Assembly (NCBI RefSeq): GCF_009914755.1
Contig: NC_060948.1
Origin: the human T2T-CHM13v2.0 reference genome, Homo sapiens
DNA length: 64,000 nucleotides
Reading direction: 5' to 3' (one strand)
In this document: positions 59,991 through 64,000 of the stretch, in pieces
Layout: every line of letters begins with the position of its first letter
Position numbering within the stretch: position 1 is the first letter of the stretch
Made by a program: the position numbers and the translations under genes
The notes under the pieces: model-generated
Told to the model about the DNA's origin: nothing
Database searches by the model: none
Seen by the model: only the letters and a program-made list of their open reading frames with translations

Positions 59991-62118
59991 AGATCCATAT
60001 TTTTTAAATGAAAAAAAATTTCAAAGGTACTCTGCTTGGTACAATAATCAAATGTATAAACTGAGGAATAAAACATAACCATGAAACCTACTTATAACGG
60101 CATATGGAAAATACAGAGGATAATTTTTTAAATAACATATTTTGAAAGCCTTAACTAGTAATTTGAAGAGCTGGCATTTGAAAGGCCAGTATGAATATAC
60201 CTTCAAAGCAGCAACACAGGTTCCCCATGAGAAAAAGCAAACACAGGGAAAATAAAAACACAAAGGTTCAATCTCTTCTGACCTTTGAAAGACACAGCAC
60301 AGACAGTGGTCCTTAGGACGAAGAGCAGGAGACCCCTAATTCCGTCACCATGGCGATAGGGCATAAACATTGCTGGGTGAGGGCACAATCCACATTGTGA
60401 GGTCCAACTGCTGCCAGGAAGACAGGAGTGCTTTTACATAGACCGAAAGGTCATTGAAGGCTCAGAGTTTTGTTTCAAGAACTGAATCCCAAGCCCACAC
60501 GTTATTAGGCTGCGCTTCTTAAAACAAGTTATGAGATGGGAAAAAGGGCACCCACAAACATACGTATACATTATGTATATAATAATATACAGTATCATAT
60601 ATATAATATATATAACCTATGTATAATATTGTTTTACATCCTGCATCTTATGTTATATATATTGTATAAAATATAATAATTGATAATATATAAGTTTTAT
60701 ATTTATACAATATGACATATAGTATATATTATAATTTATGACATATATAATATATGTTATATATCATATATAGAATATATTATACGGTTAATATACGTAT
60801 TAAATATAAATTATACATTATATATATTATATATAATATATCTGTTATATATAATACCCATTATGCATAATATATATATTATGTCTATGTTATATATAGT
60901 ATAAAACAACAGATAATAATATATAATTGTATATATAAAATGCGACATATAATATATATTATATTTTATAACATATGTAATATATATTATATATTATATA
61001 TAATACGTTGTATGTATAATACCTATATTAAATATATATTATATGACTATGTTATTAATTACACGTCACATGTGTTATATATTATATATTTTACATAGAA
61101 TATACCGGTTACATACAATATATACTATGTTACCTATAATGTATAATTTATTACATGTAAAATAAAGAATGCAATATATTATGTATAATTTATAATATAC
61201 AATATGTGGAATGTGATATATATAACATATAATATATGATATATGATATACAGTATATGATATATAACATACAATATATGATTCCTAATATATATGGTAT
61301 ACAATATATATTTTATGACATGTATTCTATATGTTTTATATTCTGTTATATATAACTATTTGAAATTATATATAACTGTATAATATTTTATGTAAATATG
61401 TAATATAATATATATAACTATATAATATATTATAGATAACTACATATTATGTTATATATACTTTTATAACATAATTTACATAAAATATCATAATATAATA
61501 TATATTATATTATTTCATATTACATAATATATATTACATATCACCCAATATAACTAACATACATAATATTATAATATAGATTATATTATGTTATATTAAA
61601 TATCATATATATCATGTATCATATATTCTATAGTATATATTACACATTATATAATATGTATGTTGTGTACTATGTGATATATATAACTCTATATATAATT
61701 ATATTATTATACATATAACTAGATAAACATGTAATTCTACATATTTTCATTTATAATATGTAGAATTATATAATCATATATAATTATTTATATTCTATAA
61801 AAAATTTTATCATTCTATAAATTATAATATATAAAAATTATCATATGTACTACAAATATATATATTGTATATCATATATGATATAGTACCTTTGTTATAT
61901 ATCATAATACATATAAATGTGTATTATGTTATCTATAATTATATAATTTCATATATAAGATGTATAATATGTATCATATATTATATATGTTATGTAATAT
62001 ATATAGTATATATAAGATGACACAGGATAAATATTATATACTATGACATATAAAATATATGAGGTTATATGTTACATATAAGGCATAGCACATAACATGT
62101 AATATATATCATATATAA

Positions 62119-62410
62119 TTTTTTTTTAGACAGAATCTTGTCCTGTTGCACAGGGTGGGGTACAATGGCGCCATCTTTGCTCACTGCAACTTCTGCCTCA
62201 CGGGTCCAAGCGATTGCCCTCCCTCAGCCTCCCAGGTAGCTGGGACTACACCACACTGGGACTACACCAGCTGCCACCATGCCTAGCTAATTTTTTGGAT
62301 TTTTAGTAGTGACAGCGTTTCACTGTATTGGCCAGGATGGTCTTGATCTCTTCACCTTGTGATCCCCTTGCCTTGGCCTCCAAATTTGCTGGGATTACAG
62401 GCCTGAGCCA
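62119..62410 (-). mobile_element. Alu copy (U26)
   Basis: Same, with gattgccctc variant as in U18. Confidence 0.95.
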
Positions 62411-64000
62411 AGATCCATATTTTTTAAATGAAAAAAAATTTCAAAGGTACTCTGCTTGGTACAATAATCAAATGTATAAACTGAGGAATAAAACATAACC
62501 ATGAAACCTACTTATAACTGCATATGGAAAATACAGAGGATAATTTTTTAAATAACATATTTTGAAAGCCTTAACTAGTAATTTGAAGAGTTGGCATTTG
62601 AAAGGCCAGTATGAATATACCTTCAAAGCAGCAACACAGGTTCCCCATGAGAAAAAGCAAACACAGGGAAAATAAAAACACAAAGGTTCAATCTCTTCTG
62701 ACCTTTGAAAGACACAGCACAGACAGTGGTCCTTAGGACGAAGAGCAGGAGACCCCTAATTCCGTCACCATGGCGATAGGGCATAAACATTGCTGGGTGA
62801 GGGCACAATCCACATTGTGAGGTCCAACTGCTGCCAGGAAGACAGGAGTGCTTTTACATAGACCGAAAGGTCATTGAAGGCTCAGAGTTTTGTTTCAAGA
62901 ACTGAATCCCAAGCCCACACGTTATTCGGCTGCGCTTCTTAAAACAAGTTATGAGATGGGAAAAAGGGCACCCACAAACATACGTATACATTATGTATAT
63001 AATAATATACAGTATCATATATATAATATATATAACCTATGTATAATATTGTTTTACATCCTGCATCTTGTTATATATATTGTATAAAATATAATAATTG
63101 ATAATATATAAGTTTTATATTTATACAATATGACATATAGTATATATTATAATTTATGACATATATAATATATGTTATATATCATATATAGAATATATTA
63201 TACGGTTAATATACGTATTAAATATAAATTATACATTATATATATTATATATAATATATCTGTTATATATAATACCCATTATGCATAATATATATATTAT
63301 GTCTATGTTATATATAGTATAAAACAACAGATAATAATATATAATTGTATATATAAAATGCGACATATAATATATATTATATTTTATAACATATGTAATA
63401 TATATTATATATTATATATAATACGTTGTATGTAGAATACCTATATTAAATATATATTATATGACAATGTTATTAATTACATGTCACATGTGTTATATAT
63501 TATATATTTTACATAGAATATACCGGTTACATACAATATATACTATGTTACCTATAATGTATAATTTATTACATGTAAAATAAAGAATGCAATATATTAT
63601 GTATAGTTTATAATATACAATATGTGGAATGTGATATATATAACATATAATATATGATATATGATATACAGTATATCATATATAACATACAATATATGAT
63701 TCCTAATATATATGGTATACAATATATATTTTATGACATGTATTCTATATGTTTTATATTCTGTTATATATAACTATTTGAAATTATATATAACTGTATA
63801 ATATTTTATGTAAATATGTAATATAATATATATAACTATATAATATATTATAGATAACTATATATTATGTTATATATACTTTTATAACATAATTTACATA
63901 AAATATCATAATATAATATATATTATATTATTTCATATTACATAATATATATTACATATCACCCAATATAACTAACATACATAATATTATAATATAGATT

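Overview
The whole 64-kb window is one uninterrupted head-to-tail tandem array of a ~2.42-kb unit: 26 complete copies plus a partial 27th, all in the same orientation and apparently ~99% identical by eye. Unit starts, taken at the motif agttttgtttcaagaac, are U1 1, U2 2419, U3 4838, U4 7258, U5 9677, U6 12092, U7 14512, U8 16934, U9 19352, U10 21772, U11 24190, U12 26610, U13 29028, U14 31449, U15 33869, U16 36287, U17 38708, U18 41128, U19 43548, U20 45950, U21 48370, U22 50788, U23 53208, U24 55626, U25 58046, U26 60466, U27 62886. Each unit has three parts: ~1.55 kb of extremely AT-rich degenerate (TA)n sequence, a diverged minus-strand Alu (~290 bp) with an internal 16-bp duplication, and ~0.57 kb of moderately GC-rich HSATI-like sequence. 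This architecture, plus a predicted 2145-bp HaeIII fragment, matches the primate satellite DYZ2/HSat1B, most likely from human Yq12 heterochromatin. I identified it from memory, not by database search. I see no credible protein-coding gene, RNA gene or CRISPR array, and no new gene-based system. The real signal is in the unit-to-unit variants. They show local higher-order repeats (two 2-mers, a near-exact 3-mer duplication, and a 4-mer nested in an 8-mer), chimeric units, and one ~0.9-kb variant-dense tract that lacks the Alu 16-bp duplication and may be a conversion from a divergent subfamily.
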